Assembly: GCF_006345805.1 (NCBI RefSeq)
Contig: NC_043006.1
Location: 38,998,001 to 39,062,000 of the forward strand
DNA length: 64,000 nucleotides
Direction: 5' to 3'
From: Octopus sinensis
Lineage: Eukaryota
Shown: positions 13,056 to 25,544 of the stretch, piece by piece
Numbering within the stretch: the first letter of the stretch is position 1
Layout of the letters: each line of letters begins with the position of its first letter
Notes under the pieces: model-generated
What the model was told of the DNA's origin: nothing
The model's database searches: none
Seen by the model: the letters and a program-made list of their open reading frames with translations, nothing else
Program-made: the position numbers and the translations under genes

Positions 13056-13230
13056 ATATATATACATGACGGGCTTTTTTCAGTTTCCATCTACCAAATC
13101 CACTCACGAGGCTTTGGTTGGCCCGAGGCTATAGTAGAAGTCACTTGCCCAAGGTGCAATGCAGTGGGACTGAACCCAGAACCATGTAGTTCGTAAGCAA
13201 GCTACTTACCACATAGCCACTCCTACGCCT
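12731..13230 (-). mobile_element. SINE family A, full length, expanded TA/CA linker
   Basis: Head, tail and a long microsatellite middle. Confidence 0.9.
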
Positions 13231-13576
13231 ATATATACACCGGACTAGAATATAATTTGTTGTGTTTGTTTCATAAGCATTATACAGATATTATACTGAT
13301 AGATGAGAGATGAATTTTATTTGGACAGGATGTACTATTTCTAGTAATATTCCCAAGATATCTATTACTTAATCCAGATATCTTGCTAGCTAAATCAGGA
13401 GTTCTGTCCAGAGACAAGCTGAAGTCTCTGCAGTAGATTTCAGCTTAGAACCTATCAGCAGCAGGTAGTTCAATATCATAACCATTCAACCGTTATGGGC
13501 CAACAGTACATGTCATTATTACTTGACAACCAAAGCCTTTGACACTCTGAGCAACTAACATATGTATATGTATATA

Positions 13577-13737
13577 GGTGCAGGAGTGGCTGTGTGGTAA
13601 GTAGCTTGCTTACCAACCACATGGGTCTGGATTCAGTCCCACTGCTTGGCACCTTGGGTAAGTATCTTCTACTATAGGCACGGTTCAACCAAAGCCTTGT
13701 GAGTGGATTTGGTAGACAGAAACTGAAAGAAGCCCGT

Positions 13738-13790
<53 letters not shown>

Positions 13791-14011
13791 GTATGTGTAT
13801 ATGTGCGTTTGTGTCTATGTTTGTCGCCCCCACCACCATCTCCTGACAATTGATGCTGGTGCGTTTACATCCCCATAACTTAGCTGTTCAGCAAAAGAGA
13901 CCAATGGAATAAGTACTGGGCTTACAAAGAATAAGTCCTGGAGTCGATTTGCTCAACTAAAGGTGGTGCTCCAGTATAGCCACAGTCAAAATGACTTAAA
14001 CAAATAAAAGA
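13577..14011 (+). mobile_element. SINE family A, full length
   Basis: ggtgcaggagtggctgtgtggtaagtagc... to ...caaataaaaga. Confidence 0.9.
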
Positions 14012-14057
14012 ATACTATCACACATACATACACAGTACACACACAAAGGCAACCATG

Positions 14058-14089
<32 letters not shown>

Positions 14090-14460
14090 TGCTTACAATC
14101 ATACATACATCTCATCTAATCAGATAGTTTGGCTTAGTCCAAGGCCATATTCCATTGCACAATGAGATGTAAGCAGTCAATAGTAGACTGGGTCTAAAAA
14201 TATTGGTTGCTAGGAGACTAAGGGGGCCCACCTGCAACTACAAAGGGGCCCACCCACAACTACAATGTTATCATTTAACTATTTTTTTTTTTTGGTTAAA
14301 ACTATTCTTTTCAACTGACTACAAACAGAGCCAGGCTGAAATAATTAATGCATTCTTCCAGGAGTCAATAAAAAATTCTCAAACTTGAGGGGGTGAGCTC
14401 TTTAGATACTAATATGGACCCCCCCCCCATATATGGGTTCAAATAGCGCAGGGGTCCACT

Positions 14461-14900
14461 TGCTATTGGGCAAGCTGGCAACCTGGCCAGTCTGTCACTG
14501 TATGCAGTATGTTACCAAAGACTGTCCAAACACCATATCGAATGGAGCATCCCCATACAAACAGCTCTCTAAACAAACAAATTGAATAACAAATGGTTTT
14601 TCTGAATATGTTTTGCAAACAATTTGCACATGCAAGTGCTACCAGTCGAAGGCTCCACATACCAGAATCCAGCAAGTGTATGGTGTCATCAGGAGAGAAT
14701 GCGTGCTGTTTCAGGGCCTACTTCTCAATGGCATCATTGCGTATCAGCCACACCCTCACTGAAATGAGGCCCCGCTTGCTAGATCAAATGGTTATGAGAT
14801 GTTGCTCAATATTCTTCTAGCCATTGCTAATCATCTCTTTTTAACCAAATCCATTGGCTTGCCTTTCCCACTCTCATAACTAGCTGAAATTTGATCCATG
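14461..14900 (-). pseudogene. Coding-like decayed transposon ORF fragment, family unresolved
   Basis: Unique, coding-like composition with stops in all frames; fragments such as LI*QAGPHFSE and GDAPFDMVFG weakly recall LTR integrase motifs, but the spacing is not convincing. Confidence 0.25.
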
Positions 14901-15723
14901 AACCATGAAGAGACTACAAACATATATAGGTAACTACGAGTTCATTTACTTACAGGTGGCGCCACGTAGCTTAATGGTTAGGGGTGTTGGATTTATGATC
15001 ATAAGACTGTAGTTTCAATTCCTGGACTGGGCGATGTGTTGTGTTTTTGAGCAAAAAAAAAAATAACATTTCACATTGCTCCAGTCTGCTTGGCGAGCAG
15101 AAGTGAGTAATCTTGTGATGGTATGGTGTCCCATCCAGGTGGAGAGTATACATGCTACGAAACCAGGAAACCAGCCCCCATGAAGCGGTATGACTTAAGA
15201 AAGTTATTTTACCATTTATTTCAAGAACTGGAATTTGGACAACAAACCACTTGTAGACTACACAAGAGTGTTTATGAATGGAACTGGCACTCATGAAGGC
15301 TGCAGTTGATCCGATCAATGGAACAGGCTGCTCATCAAATTAACATGCAAGTGGCTGAGCACACCACAGATACACATACACTTAAGAGCAATTCAGTCTG
15401 GGTTGATATTTATGCATTTGCTGTTGATGCTGGGCAAATAAAACATCATTTCAGGCTTTTAAGAGGAATTTGGGTTAGCTTGGAATGGAATACTCGTATT
15501 CATATGTATTTTGATTCCTCATGCAATGAGCAATTTGCTTAACGAACAGAACCCCAAAATGGATCATATTCATATAAAGACAGCCCAGAAATACCCATGA
15601 AAATCGAAACCCAAAATAAAACTTTACAGAAAATTGTTGTAAGTTTAGAAAATTGAGTGGCAAACCTGTTCAAGTAAGAACACCAATTCTTTTTCAACAT
15701 TCACTGATTCAAAAACAGTTTTT

Positions 15724-15755
15724 ACTCACCTGTAAATAGAAAAGAAAGAGAAACA
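15724..15755 (-). promoter_or_regulatory. Candidate recursive splice site (AG|GT ratchet point)
   Basis: Minus strand tttctctttcttttctatttaCAG|GTGAGT; junction between 15730 and 15729. Confidence 0.5.
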
Positions 15756-15928
15756 TTATAGAAAAGATTTATATATAGTTTATCATATTTCACAAACTGT
15801 GATAAATAAACACATACATACACACTATATAAATAAATAAACACATACATACACACTATATAAATAAATGAGGAAAATGCCTCCCCCACCTGTCCAATGG
15901 CCGGTGCTGAGTTGTCAAACATTTAAAC

Positions 15929-15987
15929 CAAATTTTCTCAAAACAACTTGTCCAACCATCCCATAGGTTCCGCTTTGAGAAACACTG
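15929..15987. mobile_element. 59-bp hAT-type mini element
   Basis: TIRs caaattttctcaaa / tttgagaaacactg (11/14) and 8-bp target-site duplication atttaaac / atttaacc (7/8). Confidence 0.6.
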
Positions 15988-16269
15988 ATTTAACCTAAAT
16001 TTGAGATGCCACAACAGTAAAAGAAGAAATAAAGATAGACTTTTTTCTATTCCAAAGAAAAACGATTTTATTCGCACAAAAATGCAACCAAAGAGTTTGA
16101 AGTACCAGTAGTGATAAGGATGTTGACTGGGAGAACACAAACATGGTTTAAACAGTAAGCTTGGCAGGAAAGAAACGTGCCATTAAGCAGTACAAAAACA
16201 ACAAAAAATGGAAGGTGCAGTTATGTACATGTTGACAGAAGAAAAGCAGGACAAAAATGGCTTTATCAA

Positions 16270-16422
16270 TTGCATTCTCACTTGGAATCGATTTTTGTAA
16301 TTTTTTCAAGACTTATACACGCCCTGATACCGTCGGTATCTACATATCAAATTTGAGCGCAATCGGATGGAGTATGCCCAAGATCCGAGAAGACACAGAC
16401 AGAACAGATTTTATATAAGAGA
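16270..16422 (+). mobile_element. Possible Helentron/DINE-1-like 3' end
   Basis: catatcaaatttgagcgcaatcgg...acagacagaacagattttatataagagat resembles the DINE-1/HINE 3' architecture as I recall it. Confidence 0.4.
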
Positions 16423-16497
16423 TAAACACATACACACACACTAAATAAATAAATAAATGGTGTGACTGATATTCCTTATACATAGGTATATATCTAC

Positions 16498-17395
16498 TCT
16501 TTTGCTTGTTTCGTTCATTAGACTGAGGCCATGCTGGGGCACCACCTTGAAGAATTTTAGTTGACCAAATGGACTGTAGTATGTATTTCTATCAGTCTCT
16601 TTGCTTCATCATTAAGTTATGGGGACATAAACACACCAACACTGGTTGCCAAATGGTGGCGGGAGAGAAACACTGACACATACACAAACACACAAACACA
16701 CTCACAGATGATGAGCTTTCTTCAATTTCCACTGACCAAATCTACTCTCGAGGCTTTCATCAGCCTGAGGCGATAGTAGAAGACACTTACCCAAGGTGCC
16801 AGGCAGTGGATTTGAACCCAGAACAATGTGGCAGGGACACAAACTTCTTACTACACAGCCATGCCTACACCCATGTATTTTGGGAATGAAACTAGAAATA
16901 ATAACTCTCCAAAGGTTATTGATCTCTCATCTATCATTTAAATGCTTTAAAATAAAACCCCAAATATTATATTAACCCAGTGTATTATTCTTTTACTCTT
17001 TTACTCGTTTCAGTCATTTGACTGTGGCCATGCTGGAGCACCACCTTTAGTCGAATAAATCAAACTCAGGACATTTTTTTTGTAAGCCTTATTCTATCAG
17101 TCTCTTTTTGCCGAATCGTTAAGTGACAGGGATGTAAATATACCAACATCAGTTGTCAAGTAATGGGGAGGGGACAAACACAAACACACAAACAACAAAT
17201 GCAAATATATATATATATATATATATATATAATGAGCTTCTTTCAGTTTCCATCTACCAAATCCACCCACTATAGCCTTGCTTGGCCCAAGGCTATAGTA
17301 GAAAACACTTGCCCAAGGTGCCACGCAGTAGGACTGAACCCGAGATTATGTAGTTGGGAAGCCAGCTTCTTAACACACAGCCACTCCTGTGCCTA
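16498..17395 (-). mobile_element. Two adjacent SINE family A copies (16498-16875, 16990-17395)
   Basis: Head and tail motifs present in both. Confidence 0.85.
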
Positions 17396-19831
17396 TGTAT
17401 ATATATTCACACATACATACATCTAACCATGTACATATATAGTTACACACATACATCTAACCATGGTGTCCAAAGCATTTTGGACACCACATCATTTCCT
17501 CCACCTTGTGAAAAAAATAATCTGTACGCTCAGAGCCAGACATAAATAAATACACTTGTATACTCTCACTTCTATTCTTTTATTCTTTCACTAGGTGCAG
17601 CTCAAGAGCTGTGGCCATGCTGGGGCACTGCCATTAATGATTGGTCAATAGCCGCTACAAGGAAGACGAGCTCTGTACTGGACTCTGTACTCAATTTTCT
17701 GCTGAGTATTCTACACCATTGAACTAAACACCCTCTGATACGATCACTCTGTATACACAATATGCAATCACCCTACCAAATGCACAAACACACACATACA
17801 CATACATATAAACAAAGTTAAACACATACAGCTACAAACATTAAGTCATACATACACACTTTTCACAAAGTTATACATACAAGCAATTACACTCAAGGAT
17901 ATACACACAAACACCAACAACTACACACACACACACACACAACCACACAATTAAACTTGTACACATCAGAATCGTCAATGCTAAACCATTATTCAAATTA
18001 GGAAGAAATTAGTGTCTGTGTGAGGGTGGCACTAATGAGCTGACATCAATTGTTCCATAATTTCTGATATTTGGAATAAAACAAATGGTATTCCTAATTT
18101 CTATCAGCTCATAACATAACCCCCCCTCACCCACCTTCAACACTCACCATCTCTTCTGCCTAATAACATCAGCATCATCATCAACATCACCACCACCACC
18201 ACCACCCTAAAATCGGCAGCATCAACTACATCAGCACCATCACCATCACCACCATCACCACCACAACCACCATCATCCACATAACCAACATCACAACCGC
18301 TGTTCCACCATCACCACCACCACCACCATCATCATCACCACTATCATCCACATCATCACCACTATCATCCACATCACAACCACCACCACCACCATCCACA
18401 TCACAACCGCTGTTTCACCATCATCACCATCATTATCATCATCACCACCACCACCATCATCATCACCATCACCACCATCACAACCGCTGTACCATCACCA
18501 CCACGGCAGACTGTCTCATGGTATTTAGATATGGCTTTTTATCTTCTGAGTTCAAATCGTGCCTGTCAAGTCTGTCTTTCATGCTTTTGGGGTTAATAAA
18601 ATAAAGTACTGTTCAAAAAGTAATTGCAATGAAGTTGATTAACCCTCAACCCCACTATGACTACAATCTCACTCACACACACACACACAGAGTTTATCTT
18701 TTACTTGTTACAGTCATTGGAGTGCAGCCATGCCAGAAAGCTGCCATAAAGGGTTTTAGTCAAACAAACCGACCCCAGGACTTATTTTGGCTTTCCTCTC
18801 TAAAGCTCTGGTACTTCAGGCTCTATTGGGCTCTTCTGCCAAGACACTAAATTTCAGTGACATAAACAAACCAACACTGGTTGTCAAGCAGTAGTTGGGG
18901 ACAAACACAAAGAACATAAGAAAAAAAGGAGAAAGAAGAAAAAAAAACAAACTCAACACCAGAGCTCAAGACACCTCCAAAAGGGGTGCAGGTCCACCAT
19001 GTCGAAAATGGCAGAGAAGTAGGGCCAAAACTGGACATGATACCTCCTGATAATGTCATTTCCCACTGGATTCTATAAAGGATCTGCTGAGATAGTGAAC
19101 TATAAAATGTGGTTGGAATTCCTCATAAAGATATACTGTATATGCATACACAATGCGTTTCTTTCAGTTTCCGCCAACCAGCTACACTCACAAGGCTCTG
19201 GTCAACTCAGGGCTACAGTAGAAGACAGTTGTGCAAGGTTCCACACAGTGGGACTGAACCCCAGAACCATGTGACTGGGAAACAAGCTTCTTGCCACTCA
19301 GCCATGTTTGGCTCTTAAGGGCCGGTTTCCTGGTTTCATTGGCATGTGGAACTTAGTTGTTTCACTCGTAAACACACACATTGCCTGGTCTGAGATTTGA
19401 ACCTCTGATCCCTCGACCGTGAGGTCTGCTGCTCTAACCACCTGGCCATGTGTCTCCACTGTTCAAACACATGCACACACACACAATACATTGTGATTCA
19501 GATCTGTAGGTTAAAATAGTACACACTGTCATAGAAGATAATAATGAATATATAACCTATTCTGCTGAATGGTTGGTGTTAGGAAGAGCATCCAGCTGTA
19601 AAAATCCTGCCAAAACAGTCACAGAAGTCTGGTGCAGGCTTCGGCCTGGCTGACTCTTGTGGTACTGTCCCACTCATGCTAACATGGAACACGAACATCA
19701 AATGATGATGATGATGATAAAGCTATTCTTAGATGCAATTAATATTTACAATATGGTCACAATGTTTCTTATGAACTCATCAGTACATTGGGTTAATACG
19801 GATTGAAAGATGACAGATGAAAATAAATGGG

Positions 19832-19934
19832 TTAATATAGTAGGAGAGTGACAATCAAAAGCAACCGACAGAAACACAAAGGAGAAATTAATGCTGAAAC
19901 ATTGCTGATGTTAGGTTTACACTTGTTAAACGAG
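19832..19934 (-). CDS. Candidate terminal coding exon with hydrophobic C-terminus
   Basis: Acceptor cttttacatttccattcAG; frame gives SFNKCKPNISNVSALISPLCFCRLLLIVTLLLY*. No homology was checked. Confidence 0.3.
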
Positions 19935-20544
19935 CTGAATGGAAATGTAAAAGATTTTATGAATGGAGTAGTTACAAACATGAATGTAGTTACATACAAC
20001 TAATTGTGTTTCCCACACCATTGTATGTGGTGTGGGAAAAATTGATCAACATGTAATATGCGTATGACTGAAGGCTTAATGAATGCAATTGGGAATCATT
20101 TTCTGAATGGCAATAGTATCACAGGATACATTTGTTTGTATATGTGTGTATATTTTTATATATTTGCATACATGCCTATGTAAGTGTATGTGTATTTATA
20201 TGTATATATGCATGTGTCTGTCTGTGTGTGTGTGTAAGCGTGTATGTATATATACACACATGTAGAAATGTGTCCATGTATCTGACTTACTTGTGTATAT
20301 ATGTTTATGCATATATGTGCATGTATGTGTATATATATACACACGTGTGTAAGTATGCATGTATGTATTTTTATGTATATCTGCATGTCTCTATATGTGT
20401 GTGTGTATATATATATATATATACACATACACATATGGATAAGTATAAATATATTTCTATGTATCTAACTTGCACAGGTACACTTGCATATGTATACTTA
20501 TAGGTATACTTATAAGTATATATATGCATGTGATTATGTGTATA

Positions 20545-20870
20545 TATATATATAAATATCTATCAATTTGTCTTTCTGTCTGTCTATCTATCTATCTATC
20601 TATCAATTTGTCCGCCTGTCCGTCTATCTATCTATCTATCTATAAATTTGTCTGTTTGTCCGTCGATCTATATATCTATCCATCCATCTATCTATCTAGC
20701 TATCTATCAATTTGTGTCTGTCTCTCTGTCTATCTATGTATCTATCTATCTATCTATCTATCTATGAATTTGTCCGTCCATCTATCTATCTATCTATCTA
20801 TCTATGAATTTGTCCGTCCACCTATCTATCTATCTCTCTGTCTGTGTCTGTCTGTCTGTCTACTAGCTGT
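20545..20870. repeat. (TCTA)n/(TCTG)n tetranucleotide tract
   Basis: Directly visible; a complementary (GATA)n/(GACA)n tract lies at 38710-39110. Confidence 0.95.
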
Positions 20871-21735
20871 TGTGCATATAAACAGATAAGCTGCTTGTTT
20901 TTCTGGATTTAGTCAAGTGATATGAAAGCCTCTGATGAAACTGCAAAAAGGATCGAAAACTGAAGCTATTCATTCTTTTTGCCCTTCTTCATGGAGAAGT
21001 AAATTAAAATAGCTATGTTTATATAGCTACAACGAAGGTTTAAACACATACATACATACAAAACATAGGTTAAAGAGAAAGACTGACTGTAACTTAAAAG
21101 TATGACCAAGGGCGGTTTGTTAAACAGTTTGACAAACAGCTAAACTGCTCTCAATAAACTTTGCAGTCAGTTTTTCATCTCCCAGATTAAGAAAGATACA
21201 AAGATTCTTCTGCTGGTTCCAAGTAACATTTCAACTCAATGTTGATGGTGTGCTTCAGTTCTTTATGAAGACACTCACCAATACACACATACACGCATGC
21301 ATGGTAAGAAGATTGCTTCCCAACCACATGGTTCCAGGTTCAGTCCCACTGCGTGACACCTTGCACAATTGTCTTCTACTATAGCCTCGATATGACAGGC
21401 TTCTTTTAGTTTCCGCCTACCAAATCCACTCACAAGGCTTTGGTCGACCTGAGGTTATAGTAGAAAATGAACACAGAACCATGTGGTTGGGAAGCAAGCT
21501 TCTTATCACACAGCCATGCCTGCACCTATATATATAATGTATATATTATATATATAACAAATATATATATATATGTCTGTTATATATATATATCATATAT
21601 ATATATCATACATCTATATATATATATATAATAAATATATATATGTCTGTTATATATATTATATATATATATATATATATATCATACATCTATATATATA
21701 TATATATATAACAAATATATATATATATATGTCTG

Positions 21736-21771
<36 letters not shown>

Positions 21772-21830
21772 TACATCTATATATATATATATACAATGTA
21801 TATATATATATAATGTATATATATATATAT

Positions 21831-21865
<35 letters not shown>

Positions 21866-21868
<3 letters not shown>

Positions 21869-22064
21869 AGATAATGGTGTCACTGAGATCCAAAGGTGTC
21901 AGGTAATGCTGAATAAGTGCTATAGACAGACCATAGTTAAATTCCAGATTTGGTAATATTGTGAATAATGGGTTTAACGTTGGTTGTATGTCAGCGTATG
22001 TATATAAGAATATTTTGCATAATAGCCTTGGTTTTTTTATCTTATTACGCAAAATATTCTTATA

Positions 22065-22072
<8 letters not shown>
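21866..22072. mobile_element. Second, internally deleted copy of the 28857 fold-back element
   Basis: High similarity to 28857-29010; ends in a shorter hairpin tataagaatattttgc...gcaaaatattcttata; flanked by (TA)n. Confidence 0.7.
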
Positions 22073-22097
<25 letters not shown>

Positions 22098-22099
<2 letters not shown>

Positions 22100-22430
22100 G
22101 CTCAGTGGTTAGAGCGTCGAGCTTACGATCGTGAGGTTGTGAGCTTGAATCCCGGACCGGGCTGCGTGTTGTGTTCTCGAGCAAGGCACTTTATTTCATG
22201 TTGCTCCAGTTCACTCAGCTGTAGAAATGAGCTGCGACGTCACTGGTGCCAAGCTGTATCGACCTTTGTCTTTCCCTTGGATAACACTGGTGGCGTGGAG
22301 AGGGGAGGCTGGTATGCATGGGCGACTGCTGGCCTTCCATAAACAACCTTGCCCGGACTTGTGTCTAGGAGGATAACTTTCTAGGTGCAATCCCATGGTC
22401 ATTCATGACCGAAGGGGGTCTTTACCCTTA
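22098..22430 (+). mobile_element. SINE family C, full length, young
   Basis: tggctcagtggttagagcgtcg...ttgaatccc tRNA-like head, gtgttgtgttctcgagcaaggcacttt core, CpG retained. Older copies lie near 11295, 14955 and 27876 (+) and 19315, 31700 and 56410 (-). Confidence 0.85.
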
Positions 22431-23339
22431 TATGTCTATTATATATCATATATATATATATCATACATATATATCATACATCTATCTATCTATCTATATA
22501 TATATTATATAGTATCGGCACAGGAGTGGCTGTGTGGCAAGTAACTTGCTTACCAACCTCATGGTTCCGGGTTTATTCCCATTGCATGGCACCTTGTACA
22601 AGTGTCTTCTACTATAGCCACAGGAAAAGCATCTTTGCTGGTGCCATTCAAGAAGCATTCATTCTGGTGCCATATGATAAAAAGCATCCATGTTGTCCCA
22701 CGTAAAAAGCTATCCCATGTAAAAATACATACTGTCCCATGTAAAAATACACTCTGTTACGTGGTTAGCATTATGAAGGGCATCCAGCCATAGAAACCAT
22801 ACCAAAACAGACAAATGGAGGGTGGTGCAGCTCCCCAGCTTGCCAGCTCCCATCAAACCATCTAACCCATGCCAGCATGGAAAACAGACGTTAAGTAATA
22901 AAGATGATGCTGCTGATGATGATGATGACAAAAATGATGATGAGGTATTAAAAACATCAATGGTTACAATATGAAGGCCCTTGGCTTTTGTGTGAAGTAG
23001 ATAGGCGTATGTTAAAATATGCTAGGTTGTTAAATTAGACACATCATCCTCAAGAACAAGAATGCCAACAGCAAAAGCGTCAACAACAACAACAGCAACA
23101 ACAAAAACCAAGATCAAACGCTAAAATGAATGTTCGTTTATTTACTTATAAAGGTGCCTCCTCCCTTCTTCCATATATTTATTAGCCTTGGCAGATTTAG
23201 AAGAATGGATGGTGGTGGTGGTGGGGTTTCGGGGGTGGGGGGTTCAATCACTTAATATCTAAGGAATTTGGGGATTTTGGGAGACAGACAGACAGACAGA
23301 CAGGCTGGCAGGCAGACAAGCAGGCAAACAGAGAGATAA

Positions 23340-24400
23340 TTTAGAGTGCTATCATTGTTGTTGTTTGTTGTTGTTGTTGTTGTTCTTTTGTTGCTATTGA
23401 ATTTTTATCTTTAGTTTTTTCTTGTGTTTTTTTTAAAATTTTGTTCAAGATTTATAGCTCTCCTGTTATTGTTGTTGTTGTTGTCTCTTATCATTATTGT
23501 TGTTGTTTGTTGCTGTTGCTGCATATTCTTTTTTTTTGTTTCTTTTTAGTGATTATTGTCGGAAAAAATAATTCCGGAACTATTTTTGTTGCTCTTGTTT
23601 TTGTGGCGGTTGTTGTCCTTAGTTGTTTTTGTTGCTTTTGTTTACGATGTTGTTATTGTTGCTGTTGTTGCCTCAGTTGTTGCTGCTGTTATCATTGATG
23701 TTATTGCTGTTGTTGTTGTTGTTGCTGCTGTTGTTATTGTTGTTGTTGCTGTAGTTCTTGCAGCTGTTATCGTTGATGTTGTTGTTGCAGTAAACAATAA
23801 CGCAATGTAAATAAACAAGTGATACAAATTAAATTTGTCTCTCTTAGAACTTTGAACGCTATAATGGTTTTTGACTGACAGTGATGCAGATATTGGCAAA
23901 GGTGGTGGTGGTGGTGATGGTGGTGGTGGCTGTGGCGTTGGAGGCAGCGGTGGTTTTGGTAGTGGTGGTCCAAGTAGTAGTGGCCTATGTGCTATCAGAA
24001 GTCATGTAGGTGTTACTGTTCTTGTCATGGTGGTCGTCCAAGTGCTCCAAGAGGTAATGGTCTGGGTGTTAGCGGTGGGGATTTTGGTAATATGAATGTT
24101 GTTCTCGGTGTGAAAGCTGAAGTGGTGATGCTGCCGGTGGTGGCAGTGGTGTTGGTGGTGGTGTTGGTGGTGGTGGTTGTAATGACTGAGGTGGTGGTGA
24201 TTGTAGTGGCAGTAGTGATGTAGTTGTAGTGGTGTTGGTGATGGTGGCAGTGGTGGTAGTGATGGTGGTGGTGGTGATGATGGTGGTGGCAATAAAAGGT
24301 CAAAATCATTGAGAGGTTTCATACTATTTATGATAGTGTTGATGGTGGCAATGGTGGTGGAGGTGGTGGTGTTGGTGGTAGTGGTTGGCATTGTGGTGAT
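23340..24400. repeat. (GTT)n and (GGT)n trinucleotide low-complexity tracts
   Basis: Directly visible; similar tracts at 18150-18505, 26130-27200, 46100-46560 and 59540-59675. Confidence 0.9.
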
Positions 24401-25198
24401 GCTGTTGTTAAGCCTTGTGAGTAGATTTGGTAGATGGAGACTGAAAAGAAGCCCGTCATATATGTGTATGTGTCTGTGTGTCTGTGCATGTGTGTTTGTG
24501 TGTACGTGTATGTGAGTGTGTGCATTTGTGTGTGTGTGAGAGTATGTATGTGAGAGTGTGTGTGTGAGTGTGTGTGTTTGTGTGTGTGTGTATGTGTGTG
24601 TGTGTGTGTGTGTGTGCGTGTGTGTATTCTTTGTCCTGCAACACCACTTGACAACTGGTATTGGTGTGTCTACATACCCGTAACTAAGCAGCTCAGCAAA
24701 AGGGACCAATAGAATAAATACCAGACTTCCAAAAATAATAAGCCCTGGGGTCAATTCATTCAACTAAAATTGTCCAAGAGGATGCCCCAACATGGCCACA
24801 GCCTACCAACTGAAACAAATAAAGCATAAAAAATGGCTATGATATCAAGGGTGTTTGGCTTCTATTTCTAGCTAGCCATAAGACCACTTACAGTTTCACT
24901 CATTGGAATTTTGCTGTTGCTGTTGTTGCTGTTTAGCCCAAAATTAACCTTGATTAAAAAGACTTATGATCAAAGGCTCTCCACTCATGACCATTCCATC
25001 TTTTATTCTGACAGTTTATCAATTTCATTAATTAAGTCTTTTCTCTATTAACCACATTAGGAAGTAATTAGAAAGATATTTTGTTGCTATTTCTAGTGGG
25101 TCCACACAAGCATTGGCTTGTTGCAGTGCCTATTTCTAATATGTTGAGGGATCATGTAGACACTCCTTTATTTTTCTTTGTTGTGGTGGCCATCTTGA

Positions 25199-25420
25199 TG
25201 ATAATATTCTTTTCTACTCTAGGCACTAGGCCTGGAATTTTGAGGGAGGGGGCCAGTCGATTAAATCGACCTGCAGTACGCAACTGGTACTTAATTTATC
25301 GACCCCGAAAGGATGAAAGGTAAAGTTGACCTCGGCGGAATTTGAACTCAGAACGTAAAGCCAGACAAAATACTGCTAAGCATTTCGCCCGACGTGTTAA
25401 TGTTTCTACCAGCTTGTTGC
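25199..25420 (-). mobile_element. SINE family B
   Basis: Reverse complement of the B consensus. Confidence 0.85.
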
Positions 25421-25544
25421 CTATCATCTTGATAATATTGATTTTTGTGACTGCGATGGCAATGATGATGAATGTGATGCTGTGTTAGAGATGATGTGAT
25501 AGAGATGATTGTATTGGTGTTGTTATTGTTGCTTAACTAAGCAA

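Noticed and set aside
19760-19790. Minus-strand CUGAUGA...GAAAC hammerhead-like string
   Set aside because: No stem I can form: CAAUGUA directly precedes CUGAUGA, and the alternative triplet is GUG with no pairing flank.
24002-24763. 253-aa ORF
   Set aside because: Stitched from a SINE-A tail, a CA repeat and ACC trinucleotide repeats.
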